The notes below the pieces were generated by a model. It saw only the letters and a list, made by a program, of their open reading frames with translations, did no database searches and had not been told where the DNA came from. Below are positions 8,703 to 20,147 of a DNA stretch of 24,206 nt, piece after piece. The translations under genes and the position numbers were made by a program. Within the stretch, counting starts at the first letter, position 1. Every line of letters begins with the position of its first letter. This DNA comes from Escherichia coli. GTDB taxonomy: Bacteria; Pseudomonadota; Gammaproteobacteria; Enterobacterales; Enterobacteriaceae. The DNA lies in NCBI RefSeq assembly GCF_003334315.1, contig NZ_QOWR01000065.1. The stretch is one strand, 5' to 3'.

Positions 8703-9911
8703 ATGACACCTTCAAATTATCAGCGTACCCGCTGGCTGACACTCATCGGTACTATCATTACCCAGTTTGCGCTGGGGTCGGTTTATACCTGGAGCCTGTT
8801 TAATGGCGCGCTTTCCGCCAAGCTGGATGCGCCGGTAAGCCAGGTCGCTTTCTCTTTCGGCTTGTTAAGTCTGGGGCTGGCAATTTCGTCTTCTGTTGCG
8901 GGCAAATTACAGGAACGTTTTGGCGTTAAACGCGTCACCATGGCTTCCGGCATTTTGCTGGGATTAGGCTTCTTCCTGACAGCGCATTCTGACAACCTGA
9001 TGATGCTGTGGTTAAGCGCCGGTGTGCTGGTGGGACTGGCAGATGGCGCGGGTTATCTGCTGACGCTCTCTAACTGTGTGAAGTGGTTCCCGGAGCGTAA
9101 AGGTCTGATCTCCGCGTTCGCTATCGGTTCTTATGGTCTGGGTAGCCTGGGTTTCAAATTTATCGACACGCAGCTGCTGGAAACGGTCGGTCTGGAAAAA
9201 ACCTTTGTGATTTGGGGAGCGATTGCGCTGTTGATGATTGTTTTCGGCGCAACGTTAATGAAAGACGCACCAAAACAGGAAGTGAAAACCAGCAATGGTG
9301 TGGTGGAGAAAGATTACACGCTGGCAGAGTCGATGCGTAAACCGCAGTACTGGATGTTAGCGGTAATGTTCCTGACCGCCTGCATGAGCGGCCTGTACGT
9401 GATTGGGGTAGCGAAAGATATCGCCCAAAGTCTGGCACACCTTGATGTGGTTTCCGCAGCCAATGCAGTCACTGTTATTTCCATCGCCAACCTTTCAGGT
9501 CGTCTGGTGCTGGGTATTCTGTCTGACAAAATCGCCCGTATCCGTGTTATTACCATTGGTCAGGTGATATCGCTGGTGGGTATGGCGGCCCTGCTGTTTG
9601 CACCATTGAATGCAGTGACGTTCTTTGCAGCGATTGCCTGCGTGGCATTTAACTTTGGCGGCACTATTACCGTCTTTCCGTCACTGGTCAGTGAGTTCTT
9701 TGGCCTCAATAACCTGGCGAAAAACTACGGTGTGATTTATCTCGGTTTCGGTATCGGTAGCATTTGTGGTTCGATTATCGCCTCACTGTTTGGCGGCTTC
9801 TATGTGACCTTCTACGTGATTTTCGCCCTGCTGATTCTGTCATTGGCGCTTTCTACGACGATTCGTCAGCCAGAGCAGAAAATGTTGCGTGAGGCGCATG
9901 GCTCCCTTTAA
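8703..9911 (+). CDS. yhjX: Major-facilitator-superfamily transporter YhjX (pyruvate-inducible), 402 aa
   Basis: Twelve hydrophobic segments typical of MFS. Start set at MTPSNYQRTRWLTL (8703); the ORF track begins 15 codons earlier. Confidence 0.88.
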   Translation: MTPSNYQRTRWLTLIGTIITQFALGSVYTWSLFNGALSAKLDAPVSQVAFSFGLLSLGLAISSSVAGKLQERFGVKRVTMASGILLGLGFFLTAHSDNLMMLWLSAGVLVGLADGAGYLLTLSNCVKWFPERKGLISAFAIGSYGLGSLGFKFIDTQLLETVGLEKTFVIWGAIALLMIVFGATLMKDAPKQEVKTSNGVVEKDYTLAESMRKPQYWMLAVMFLTACMSGLYVIGVAKDIAQSLAHLDVVSAANAVTVISIANLSGRLVLGILSDKIARIRVITIGQVISLVGMAALLFAPLNAVTFFAAIACVAFNFGGTITVFPSLVSEFFGLNNLAKNYGVIYLGFGIGSICGSIIASLFGGFYVTFYVIFALLILSLALSTTIRQPEQKMLREAHGSL

Positions 9912-9995
9912 TGCTCAGCCGCGAGCTACTGGGCTTCAGCTTCCGTGTGCATCAAACGCATCAACGAAATGTATAAACAATGACTCGTAAAATTT

Positions 9996-10018
9996 GGGCC
10001 AATTAACTGGCCCTTTTT
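9996..10018 (+). terminator. Rho-independent terminator of yhjX
   Basis: GGGCCA-ATTAAC-TGGCCC is a perfect 6-bp stem followed by TTTTT, about 85 nt after the stop. Confidence 0.65.
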
Positions 10019-10234
10019 ACTGCTTTTTGTAACGCTAAAGTCTCTTTTCAAACTTGCATTTTTGTAAATTTGTGCTTCATGCACACTCTTTCCCCACACT
10101 TTTTCCCTTTGCTGTGGTCTACTTATTCGCGCGTGTAGATTTTACTTATCTGACTACCTCCGCACTTTTTCCCTGCCGGGCCTGAAAAGCCACTAAGCAG
10201 GGTGTTATCACCTGTTTGTCCAGGGTTTGTTTGC

Positions 10235-11926
10235 ATGAGATACATCAAATCGATTACACAGCAGAAGCTGAGCTTTTTGCTTGCAATCTATATTGGCCTT
10301 TTTATGAATGGCGCGGTTTTTTACCGCCGCTTCGGCAGCTATGCGCACGATTTTACCGTCTGGAAAGGCATTTCTGCTGTTGTTGAACTGGCCGCCACCG
10401 TACTGGTGACCTTCTTTTTACTACGTCTTCTTTCGCTGTTTGGCCGCCGCAGCTGGCGTATTCTGGCATCGCTGGTGGTGCTCTTTTCCGCAGGTGCCAG
10501 CTATTACATGACCTTCCTTAATGTGGTCATTGGTTATGGCATCATCGCTTCCGTCATGACCACCGATATCGACCTGTCAAAAGAAGTTGTTGGTCTGAAC
10601 TTTATTCTCTGGTTAATCGCCGTTAGTGCATTGCCTCTTATCCTTATCTGGAATAACCGCTGTCGCTACACCTTGCTCCGACAACTGCGAACCCCAGGGC
10701 AGCGTATTCGCAGCCTGGCGGTCGTCGTACTGGCGGGTATTATGGTTTGGGCACCGATTCGTTTGCTGGATATCCAGCAGAAGAAAGTGGAGAGGGCGAC
10801 CGGCGTTGATTTGCCGAGTTATGGCGGTGTCGTAGCGAACTCTTATCTGCCATCAAACTGGCTTTCTGCGTTGGGGCTGTATGCCTGGGCGCGGGTCGAT
10901 GAATCTTCCGATAATAATTCATTGCTTAATCCGGCGAAGAAATTCACTTATCAGGCACCGCAAAACGTTGATGACACTTATGTCGTGTTTATCATCGGTG
11001 AAACCACGCGTTGGGACCATATGGGTATTTTCGGCTATGAGCGTAATACCACGCCGAAACTGGCCCAGGAGAAAAATCTGGCGGCGTTCCGTGGTTACTC
11101 CTGTGATACCGCAACCAAACTCTCACTGCGTTGCATGTTTGTACGTCAGGGGGGCGCGGAAGATAATCCGCAGCGCACATTAAAAGAACAGAACATTTTC
11201 GCGGTTCTGAAGCAGTTAGGATTCAGTTCTGACCTCTACGCTATGCAGAGCGAAATGTGGTTCTACAGCAACACGATGGCGGACAACATTGCTTATCGTG
11301 AGCAGATTGGTGCGGAGCCACGTAATCGTGGCAAGCCGGTAGATGATATGTTGCTGGTAGACGAAATGCAGCAATCGCTAGGGCGCAACCCGGATGGTAA
11401 GCATCTGATCATTCTGCATACCAAAGGTTCGCATTTTAACTACACCCAGCGTTATCCGCGTAGCTTCGCGCAGTGGAAGCCGGAATGTATTGGTGTTGAT
11501 AGCGGCTGTACCAAAGCGCAGATGATCAACTCCTATGACAACTCGGTGACCTATGTGGATCACTTTATCTCCAGCGTGATTGATCAGGTTCGCGATAAGA
11601 AAGCGATTGTGTTCTACGCAGCTGACCACGGTGAGTCAATTAATGAACGCGAGCACCTGCACGGCACGCCGCGTGAACTGGCACCGCCGGAGCAGTTCCG
11701 CGTACCGATGATGGTCTGGATGTCAGATAAATATCTGGAAAATCCGGCCAATGCGCAGGCGTTTGCGCAGCTGAAAAAAGAAGCCGACATGAAAGTGCCA
11801 CGCCGTCACGTAGAGCTGTACGATACCATCATGGGTTGTCTTGGCTATACTTCACCGGATGGTGGAATTAACGAAAACAACAACTGGTGTCACATCCCGC
11901 AGGCAAAAGAGGCAGCGGCTAACTAA
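10235..11926 (+). CDS. eptB: Kdo2-lipid A phosphoethanolamine transferase (sulfatase/alkaline-phosphatase superfamily), 563 aa
   Basis: N-terminal transmembrane segments followed by a periplasmic sulfatase-like domain. Start set at [10 protein letters not shown] (10235). Confidence 0.9.
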
Positions 11927-11976
11927 GCGGCCTGCTGACTTTCTCGCCGATCAAAAGGCATTTTGCTATTAAGGGA

Positions 11977-12005
11977 TTGACGAGGGCGTATCTGCGCAGT
12001 AAGAT
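11977..12005 (+). promoter_or_regulatory. proK promoter: -35 TTGACG, 17-bp spacer, -10 TAAGAT, GC-rich discriminator
   Basis: TTGACG at 11977-11982 and TAAGAT at 12000-12005, followed by GCGCCCC. A GC-rich discriminator is typical of stringently controlled stable-RNA promoters. The mature tRNA 5' end is 13 nt downstream. Confidence 0.55.
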
Positions 12006-12017
12006 GCGCCCCGCATT

Positions 12018-12351
<334 letters not shown>

Positions 12352-12352
12352 C

Positions 12353-12438
12353 GTAGGCCTGATAAGACGCGTCAGCGTCGCATCAGGCAAATGTGCCGGC
12401 CATTGTCGGATGCGGCGCGACCGCCTTATTCGACCTAC
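12353..12438. repeat. REP elements (BIME-like pair of palindromic units)
   Basis: GTAGGCCTGATAAGACGCGTCAGCGTCGCATCAGGC, followed by a degenerate unit ending GCGGCGCGACCGCCTTATTCGACCTAC. Both resemble E. coli REP palindromes. Confidence 0.6.
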
Positions 12439-12803
12439 ACGACACACATTTCCCTGCCAAATTTGCGCCCCATATCTCACTATCCATTAACGGATTTGTG
12501 ACAGAAACCATTGTCTTTTTTTATATTTGCTTAAATCTTTTTTTGCGTTACTTATGGCTGGCCCTGGCATTTTCCGCTGTGCGTTTTAGCGTTCATGGTA
12601 TTAATCGCTCAGATATCCACCTTTTCCTCAGATTTTTTTCATTAAATGCATAAAACTTAATCACCAAATGTTGCTAAATATTAAGCTGATTGTTCTGGTC
12701 ATGTTGGAGTAGCACAAATTTCTCTGCTGCAAATAGCTGTTTGAAGTTTTTTTAATCTTTGTTTGTGGATTCTCACCGTTGGTGTAAATCCCGGTTGGCT
12801 GTA

Positions 12804-12840
12804 TTGACGTTTTCACATTCTGTTGACAGATTGTAGGTCA
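12804..12840 (+). promoter_or_regulatory. Putative dppA promoter (-35 TTGACG, weak -10), giving a leader of about 165 nt
   Basis: TTGACG at 12804-12809 with a weak -10 (CAGATT) 17 bp downstream. Position matches my recollection of a long dppA leader. Weak sequence evidence only. Confidence 0.3.
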
Positions 12841-12972
12841 CGAGGGGCATTTTATGGAGGATCCGCACTGTTACACTGATGTTAATTAGTACGGCATCCC
12901 CACCTCATAACGTTGACCCGACCGGGCAAAAAACAAAAAAGGTCAGGCAGCGACAACCCACTGCAAAGGGTT

Positions 12973-12997
12973 AAAACAACAAACATCACAATTGGAG
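12973..12997 (+). promoter_or_regulatory. C/A-rich element next to the dppA Shine-Dalgarno; likely GcvB sRNA target site
   Basis: AAAACAACAAACATCACAA (12973-12991) lies immediately upstream of GGAG (12994-12997). GcvB is known to pair with C/A-rich elements in dppA and opp leaders. Confidence 0.5.
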
Positions 12998-13004
12998 CAG
13001 AATA

Positions 13005-14612
13005 ATGCGTATTTCCTTGAAAAAGTCAGGGATGCTGAAGCTTGGTCTCAGCCTGGTGGCTATGACCGTCGCAGCAAGTGTTCAGGCTAAAACTCTGGTT
13101 TATTGCTCAGAAGGATCTCCGGAAGGGTTTAACCCGCAGCTGTTTACCTCCGGCACCACCTATGACGCCTCTTCCGTCCCGCTTTATAACCGTCTGGTTG
13201 AATTTAAAATCGGCACCACCGAAGTGATCCCGGGCCTCGCTGAAAAGTGGGAAGTCAGCGAAGACGGTAAAACCTATACCTTCCATCTGCGTAAAGGTGT
13301 GAAGTGGCACGACAATAAAGAATTCAAACCGACGCGTGAACTGAACGCCGATGATGTGGTGTTCTCGTTCGATCGTCAGAAAAACGCGCAAAACCCGTAC
13401 CATAAAGTTTCTGGCGGCAGCTACGAATACTTCGAAGGCATGGGCTTGCCAGAGCTGATCAGTGAAGTGAAAAAGGTGGACGACAACACCGTTCAGTTTG
13501 TGCTGACTCGCCCGGAAGCGCCGTTCCTCGCTGACCTGGCAATGGACTTCGCCTCTATTCTGTCAAAAGAATATGCTGATGCGATGATGAAAGCCGGTAC
13601 ACCGGAAAAACTGGACCTCAACCCAATCGGAACCGGTCCGTTCCAGTTACAGCAGTATCAAAAAGATTCCCGTATCCGCTACAAAGCGTTTGATGGCTAC
13701 TGGGGCACCAAACCGCAGATCGATACGCTGGTTTTCTCTATTACCCCTGACGCTTCCGTGCGTTACGCGAAATTGCAGAAGAATGAATGCCAGGTGATGC
13801 CGTACCCGAACCCGGCAGATATCGCTCGCATGAAGCAGGATAAATCCATCAATCTGATGGAAATGCCGGGGCTGAACGTCGGTTATCTCTCGTATAACGT
13901 GCAGAAAAAACCACTCGATGACGTGAAAGTTCGCCAGGCTCTGACCTACGCGGTGAACAAAGACGCGATCATCAAAGCGGTTTATCAGGGCGCGGGCGTA
14001 TCAGCGAAAAACCTGATCCCGCCAACCATGTGGGGCTATAACGACGACGTTCAGGACTACACCTACGATCCTGAAAAAGCGAAAGCCTTGCTGAAAGAAG
14101 CGGGTCTGGAAAAAGGTTTCTCCATCGACCTGTGGGCGATGCCGGTACAACGTCCGTATAACCCGAACGCTCGCCGCATGGCGGAGATGATTCAGGCAGA
14201 CTGGGCGAAAGTCGGCGTGCAGGCCAAAATTGTCACCTACGAATGGGGTGAGTACCTCAAGCGTGCGAAAGATGGCGAGCACCAGACGGTAATGATGGGC
14301 TGGACTGGCGATAACGGGGATCCGGATAACTTCTTCGCCACCCTGTTCAGCTGCGCCGCCTCTGAACAAGGCTCCAACTACTCAAAATGGTGCTACAAAC
14401 CGTTTGAAGATCTGATTCAACCGGCGCGTGCTACCGACGACCACAATAAACGCGTTGAACTGTACAAACAAGCGCAGGTGGTGATGCACGATCAGGCTCC
14501 GGCACTGATCATCGCTCACTCCACCGTGTTTGAACCGGTACGTAAAGAAGTTAAAGGCTATGTGGTTGATCCATTAGGCAAACATCACTTCGAAAACGTC
14601 TCTATCGAATAA
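13005..14612 (+). CDS. dppA: Periplasmic dipeptide-binding protein of the dipeptide ABC transporter, 535 aa
   Basis: Full-length ORF with signal peptide (MRISLKKSGMLKLGLSLVAMTVAASVQA) and solute-binding protein family 5 features. First gene of dppABCDF. Confidence 0.97.
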   Translation: MRISLKKSGMLKLGLSLVAMTVAASVQAKTLVYCSEGSPEGFNPQLFTSGTTYDASSVPLYNRLVEFKIGTTEVIPGLAEKWEVSEDGKTYTFHLRKGVKWHDNKEFKPTRELNADDVVFSFDRQKNAQNPYHKVSGGSYEYFEGMGLPELISEVKKVDDNTVQFVLTRPEAPFLADLAMDFASILSKEYADAMMKAGTPEKLDLNPIGTGPFQLQQYQKDSRIRYKAFDGYWGTKPQIDTLVFSITPDASVRYAKLQKNECQVMPYPNPADIARMKQDKSINLMEMPGLNVGYLSYNVQKKPLDDVKVRQALTYAVNKDAIIKAVYQGAGVSAKNLIPPTMWGYNDDVQDYTYDPEKAKALLKEAGLEKGFSIDLWAMPVQRPYNPNARRMAEMIQADWAKVGVQAKIVTYEWGEYLKRAKDGEHQTVMMGWTGDNGDPDNFFATLFSCAASEQGSNYSKWCYKPFEDLIQPARATDDHNKRVELYKQAQVVMHDQAPALIIAHSTVFEPVRKEVKGYVVDPLGKHHFENVSIE

Positions 14613-14648
14613 TTAAAAGCCATACAAGACTGATGGCAAAGGCAAAAA

Positions 14649-14820
14649 TGCCTGATGCGCTCCGCTTATCAGGCCTACGAAAATTCTGCAATGTATTGAA
14701 TTTGCACGATTTTGTAGGCCGGATAAGGCGTTAACGCCGCATCCGGCATAAACAAAGCGCACTTTGTCAACAATCTGTATACCCGGTGGCGCTGTGCCTC
14801 TGCGTGCAGCGCCATCCGGC
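14649..14820. repeat. BIME: cluster of about three REP palindromic units between dppA and dppB
   Basis: TGCCTGATGCGCTCCGCTTATCAGGCCTAC (about 14649-14687), GTAGGCCGGATAAGGCGTTAACGCCGCATCCGGCA (14714-14748), and CCGGTGGCGCTGTGCCTCTGCGTGCAGCGCCATCCGGC (14782-14820). Confidence 0.75.
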
Positions 14821-14919
14821 AGCAATACTTCATTCCCTGTCCGATAAGGGCGGGAATTGATTTGTGAGCAATACAGACACGCAGTTCCAGGCTGCGGGTC
14901 ACTATAGAGAATCCGGGTT

Positions 14920-15939
14920 ATGTTGCAGTTTATTCTCCGACGTTTGGGACTCGTCATCCCCACGTTTATCGGTATTACCCTTCTCACATTTGCCTTTGTC
15001 CACATGATCCCGGGCGATCCGGTGATGATCATGGCGGGCGAACGTGGGATCTCCCCAGAGCGTCACGCGCAGCTGCTGGCTGAACTCGGCTTAGATAAAC
15101 CGATGTGGCAGCAGTATCTCCATTACATTTGGGGCGTTATGCATGGCGATCTAGGCATTTCAATGAAAAGCCGCATCCCGGTTTGGGAAGAGTTCGTGCC
15201 GCGCTTCCAGGCCACGCTGGAACTTGGCGTCTGCGCGATGATTTTTGCTACGGCAGTCGGTATTCCGGTCGGCGTGCTGGCTGCGGTTAAACGCGGTTCC
15301 ATTTTCGATCACACAGCGGTTGGCCTGGCGCTGACAGGTTATTCAATGCCTATCTTCTGGTGGGGCATGATGCTGATCATGCTGGTTTCGGTGCACTGGA
15401 ACCTGACGCCCGTCTCCGGTCGCGTGAGCGATATGGTGTTCCTCGATGACTCCAATCCGTTAACCGGTTTTATGCTAATCGACACCGCCATCTGGGGTGA
15501 AGACGGCAACTTTATCGATGCCGTCGCCCATATGATCTTGCCTGCCATTGTGCTGGGTACTATTCCGCTGGCGGTCATTGTGCGTATGACACGCTCCTCG
15601 ATGCTGGAAGTGCTGGGCGAGGATTACATCCGCACCGCGCGCGCCAAAGGGCTAACCCGCATGCGGGTGATTATCGTCCATGCGCTGCGTAACGCGATGC
15701 TGCCGGTGGTGACCGTTATCGGCCTGCAGGTGGGAACATTGCTGGCGGGGGCGATTCTGACCGAAACCATCTTCTCGTGGCCCGGTCTGGGACGCTGGTT
15801 GATTGACGCACTGCAACGCCGCGACTATCCGGTAGTGCAGGGCGGCGTATTGCTGGTGGCGACGATGATTATCCTCGTCAACTTGCTGGTCGATCTGCTG
15901 TACGGCGTGGTGAACCCGCGTATTCGTCATAAGAAGTAA
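14920..15939 (+). CDS. dppB: Dipeptide ABC transporter permease, 339 aa
   Basis: Multi-pass membrane protein of the ABC permease family in conserved operon position. Confidence 0.95.
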   Translation: MLQFILRRLGLVIPTFIGITLLTFAFVHMIPGDPVMIMAGERGISPERHAQLLAELGLDKPMWQQYLHYIWGVMHGDLGISMKSRIPVWEEFVPRFQATLELGVCAMIFATAVGIPVGVLAAVKRGSIFDHTAVGLALTGYSMPIFWWGMMLIMLVSVHWNLTPVSGRVSDMVFLDDSNPLTGFMLIDTAIWGEDGNFIDAVAHMILPAIVLGTIPLAVIVRMTRSSMLEVLGEDYIRTARAKGLTRMRVIIVHALRNAMLPVVTVIGLQVGTLLAGAILTETIFSWPGLGRWLIDALQRRDYPVVQGGVLLVATMIILVNLLVDLLYGVVNPRIRHKK

Positions 15940-15948
15940 GGGGACATC

Positions 15949-16851
15949 ATGTCACAGGTTACTGAAAATAAAGTGATTAGCGCACCGGTGCCGATGACCC
16001 CGTTACAGGAGTTCTGGCACTATTTTAAACGCAACAAAGGCGCGGTCGTCGGGCTGGTTTACGTCGTCATCGTGCTGTTCATCGCGATCTTTGCCAACTG
16101 GATTGCACCCTATAACCCGGCGGAACAGTTCCGCGATGCACTGCTCGCCCCGCCAGCCTGGCAGGAAGGCGGCAGCATGGCGCACTTGCTGGGCACCGAT
16201 GACGTAGGCCGTGATGTGCTGTCGCGCCTGATGTACGGTGCGCGCCTGTCGCTGCTGGTTGGCTGTCTGGTAGTTGTGTTATCGCTGATTATGGGCGTTA
16301 TTCTCGGCCTGATCGCCGGTTACTTTGGCGGCCTGGTCGATAACATCATTATGCGCGTGGTCGATATCATGCTGGCGCTGCCAAGTCTGCTGCTGGCGCT
16401 GGTGCTGGTGGCAATTTTCGGCCCGTCGATTGGTAACGCCGCGCTGGCACTGACCTTCGTTGCCTTGCCGCACTATGTGCGCTTAACCCGCGCCGCCGTG
16501 CTGGTGGAAGTTAACCGCGATTACGTCACCGCGTCTCGCGTGGCGGGTGCCGGGGCGATGCGTCAGATGTTTATTAACATCTTCCCGAACTGCCTTGCGC
16601 CGCTGATTGTTCAGGCGTCGCTCGGTTTCTCTAACGCCATTCTCGATATGGCTGCTCTTGGTTTCCTCGGCATGGGGGCACAGCCGCCAACGCCTGAGTG
16701 GGGCACCATGCTCTCCGACGTGTTGCAGTTCGCGCAAAGCGCCTGGTGGGTCGTGACCTTCCCGGGTCTGGCGATCCTGCTGACGGTGCTGGCATTTAAC
16801 CTGATGGGTGACGGTCTGCGTGACGCGCTCGATCCCAAACTGAAGCAGTAA
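15949..16851 (+). CDS. dppC: Dipeptide ABC transporter permease, 300 aa
   Basis: ABC permease with membrane-spanning segments, starting 10 bp after the dppB stop. Confidence 0.95.
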
Positions 16852-16861
16852 GAGGTTCGAG

Positions 16862-17845
16862 ATGGCGTTATTAAATGTAGATAAATTATCGGTGCATTTC
16901 GGCGACGAAAGCGCGCCGTTCCGCGCCGTAGACCGCATCAGCTACAGCGTAAAACAGGGCGAAGTGGTCGGGATTGTGGGTGAGTCCGGCTCCGGTAAGT
17001 CGGTCAGTTCACTGGCGATTATGGGGCTGATTGATTATCCGGGCCGCGTAATGGCAGAAAAACTGGAGTTTAACGGCCAGGATTTGCAGCGTATCTCAGA
17101 AAAAGAGCGCCGCAACCTGGTGGGTGCCGAAGTGGCGATGATCTTCCAGGACCCGATGACCAGCCTTAACCCGTGCTACACCGTGGGTTTCCAGATTATG
17201 GAAGCGATTAAGGTGCATCAGGGCGGCAACAAAAGTACCCGCCGTCAGCGAGCGATTGACCTGCTGAATCAGGTCGGTATTCCCGATCCGGCATCGCGTC
17301 TGGATGTTTACCCGCATCAGCTTTCCGGCGGCATGAGCCAGCGCGTGATGATCGCCATGGCGATTGCCTGTCGGCCAAAACTGCTGATTGCCGATGAACC
17401 GACCACCGCGCTGGACGTGACCATTCAGGCGCAAATCATCGAACTACTGCTGGAGCTACAGCAGAAAGAGAACATGGCGCTGGTGTTAATTACCCATGAC
17501 CTGGCGCTGGTGGCGGAAGCGGCACATAAAATCATCGTGATGTATGCAGGCCAGGTGGTGGAAACCGGTGATGCGCACGCCATCTTCCATGCGCCGCGTC
17601 ACCCGTATACTCAGGCATTGCTGCGTGCGCTGCCAGAATTTGCTCAGGACAAAGAACGTCTGGCGTCGTTGCCAGGTGTCGTTCCCGGCAAGTACGACCG
17701 CCCGAACGGCTGCCTGCTTAACCCGCGCTGCCCCTATGCCACTGACAGATGTCGCGCTGAAGAACCGGCGCTGAATATGCTCGCTGACGGGCGTCAGTCC
17801 AAATGCCATTACCCACTTGATGATGCCGGGAGGCCGACACTATGA
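16862..17845 (+). CDS. dppD: Dipeptide ABC transporter ATP-binding protein, 327 aa
   Basis: Walker [12 protein letters not shown] signature LSGGMSQR, Walker [13 protein letters not shown], and a C-terminal oligopeptide-transporter ATPase extension. Confidence 0.95.
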
Positions 17846-18846
17846 GTACGCAAGAGGCCACCCTGCAACAACCGCTGTTGCAGGCTATCGACCTGAAAAA
17901 ACATTATCCGGTGAAGAAAGGCATGTTCGCGCCGGAACGTCTGGTTAAAGCGCTGGATGGCGTTTCGTTTAACCTTGAACGTGGCAAAACGCTGGCAGTA
18001 GTGGGCGAATCTGGCTGCGGTAAATCGACCCTCGGTCGGTTGCTGACGATGATTGAAATGCCCACCGGTGGCGAGCTGTATTACCAGGGGCAGGATCTGC
18101 TTAAGCACGATCCGCAGGCGCAGAAGCTGCGTCGGCAGAAAATCCAGATCGTCTTCCAGAACCCTTACGGTTCGCTGAATCCGCGTAAAAAAGTCGGGCA
18201 AATTCTTGAAGAGCCGCTGCTGATCAACACCAGCTTAAGCAAAGAACAGCGTCGGGAAAAAGCCCTGTCGATGATGGCGAAAGTCGGCCTGAAAACCGAG
18301 CACTATGACCGCTATCCGCATATGTTCTCCGGCGGTCAGCGTCAGCGTATCGCCATCGCCCGTGGTCTGATGCTCGACCCGGATGTGGTGATTGCCGATG
18401 AACCGGTTTCCGCGCTGGATGTTTCAGTGCGCGCGCAGGTGCTGAATCTGATGATGGATTTGCAGCAGGAGTTGGGGCTGTCTTATGTCTTTATCTCCCA
18501 CGACCTGTCGGTGGTGGAGCACATTGCTGATGAAGTGATGGTGATGTACCTGGGCCGCTGCGTGGAGAAGGGAACGAAAGACCAAATCTTCAATAACCCG
18601 CGCCATCCGTACACTCAGGCGCTACTTTCCGCGACGCCGCGCCTGAACCCGGACGATCGCCGCGAGCGCATCAAGCTCAGCGGTGAACTACCAAGCCCAC
18701 TGAATCCACCGCCGGGTTGCGCCTTCAACGCCCGCTGTCGTCGGCGCTTCGGCCCCTGCACCCAGTTGCAGCCGCAGCTAAAAGACTACGGCGGTCAACT
18801 GGTAGCTTGTTTTGCTGTTGATCAGGATGAAAATCCGCAGCGTTAA
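17842..18846 (+). CDS. dppF: Dipeptide ABC transporter ATP-binding protein, 334 aa
   Basis: Walker [10 protein letters not shown], signature FSGGQRQR, Walker [17 protein letters not shown] start/stop overlap with dppD. Confidence 0.95.
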
Positions 18847-18852
18847 CTCACA

Positions 18853-18877
18853 AAACCGGGGCCATGCGCTCCGGTTT
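18853..18877. terminator. Hairpin between convergent dppF and yhjV (AAACCGG-11 nt loop-CCGGTTT)
   Basis: 7-bp inverted repeat read from the sequence. It overlaps the yhjV stop codon. No strong U-tract, so it may be a weak or bidirectional terminator. Confidence 0.4.
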
Positions 18878-20147
18878 ACTCAATCAGCTTCAACAGTGGC
18901 GACAAGCATAGCAAAATGCCGTACAGCAGAATCAGCCAGGCTTTAAATCCGCGAAGTTTTTCCAGTTGTGCGACTTTATAGATCAGGAAAAACGGAATGA
19001 GGCACGACACAATACCATATAACGGGCTTCCCAACTGAAAGAACACCAGCACCGATACACGAAACGAAACCCAAATCGTCAACGTAATGACGATAAAAGC
19101 GCAGATCGCCAGAGTCAGCACGCGTGAGTTAATTTTCTTGGTATCAATAATTCGGCTTAACAGATTGAGAATAATGCCTTTAATGGCCTCGTGGAAACCG
19201 AGATAAATGCCAAAGAATGCGGTCAGTACGGCAAAGATATTAAGCACCGTAGAGGTGATATGAATGATATGCCCAGGGATCACCTGCGCGGCCAGCGCCA
19301 GTGCTGAGATATTTTGTTCAAAGGCAGAAACGGCTTCTTCGTGGCTAATTGAGAAGGTAAACGAAAAGGCAAAAAACAGGATCACCGCGATGAGCGTGAT
19401 ATAACTAATTCGGTGGGTACGCAGCGCGAGCCGGGTTGCCAGTACTTTATCCGCTTCCCGTTTACGATAGGCAATATTCATTGGGTTAAGTACCTGAATA
19501 AATACTGCAGAAAAGAAGCAAAATGGAATGGTAAGCAAGACATCGCGGAAAAAGACGGAGGCTTGCGGGAAGGCGGTTATATTGGCGAAATTCCAGTGCG
19601 GGATCATCGCAAAACCGAACACGACAATAATCCCTACTTTGACCACCACCATTGGCCCGGAAATCTTAAACAGTAATCGTTCACCACCAGACGCAATCGC
19701 CACCAGTACGGCGAAAATAGCGACTTTATAAAGTAGAGATTGTGAAAGATCGGCATCGGTTAAACCGAAGGTTTTCAGGTACGAGGCGCTGTCGAAAACC
19801 ACGGAGAGAGAGTAGATAAAAATCCCGTGGATAATCATCAAAAAGTAGATAACCCCGAGGAAAATTCCCCAGTTCTTCCCCAGGTAATGACTGATAATAT
19901 CGGTGTAGTCATTACAGGAATCGCTTTCAGAAAGGGTTTTTAAATAAATGTCCTGCACTACCCAGGTGGCAGGATAAGCAATGATCGCTGCGGTAATAAA
20001 TACCCAAATTCCCTTCAAGCCAATTTGTACTGGCATCAGCACGGTTCCGGCACCAATCGCCATGCCTATGCATAATAAAACCCAGCCGAAGTCGTAGCGT
20101 GTAAACGGCAATTTCTGATTGTGTTTCGATAGTGTGTTGTGCTGCAT
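18876..20147 (-). CDS. yhjV: Putative amino-acid permease YhjV (hydroxy/aromatic amino acid permease family), 423 aa
   Basis: Polytopic membrane protein. Start set at [22 protein letters not shown] (20147), with an AGGA-containing RBS upstream; the ORF track begins 21 codons earlier. Confidence 0.85.

Noticed and set aside
8530-8803. Small ORFs (70 aa and 61 aa) in the yhjY-yhjX intergenic region
   Set aside because: They overlap the yhjX promoter and repeat region and the yhjX 5' end, with no RBS or conserved peptide features. More likely noncoding regulatory DNA.
10040-10170. Sigma-E type promoter upstream of eptB
   Set aside because: eptB is reported to be envelope-stress regulated, but I could not find a convincing GGAACTT-N16-TCTGA match. 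TCTGA occurs at 10151-10155 with only a weak -35, so I did not call it as a feature.
16483-16938. 151-aa ORF on the minus strand
   Set aside because: Antisense across the dppC-dppD junction, arginine-rich. Shadow ORF.
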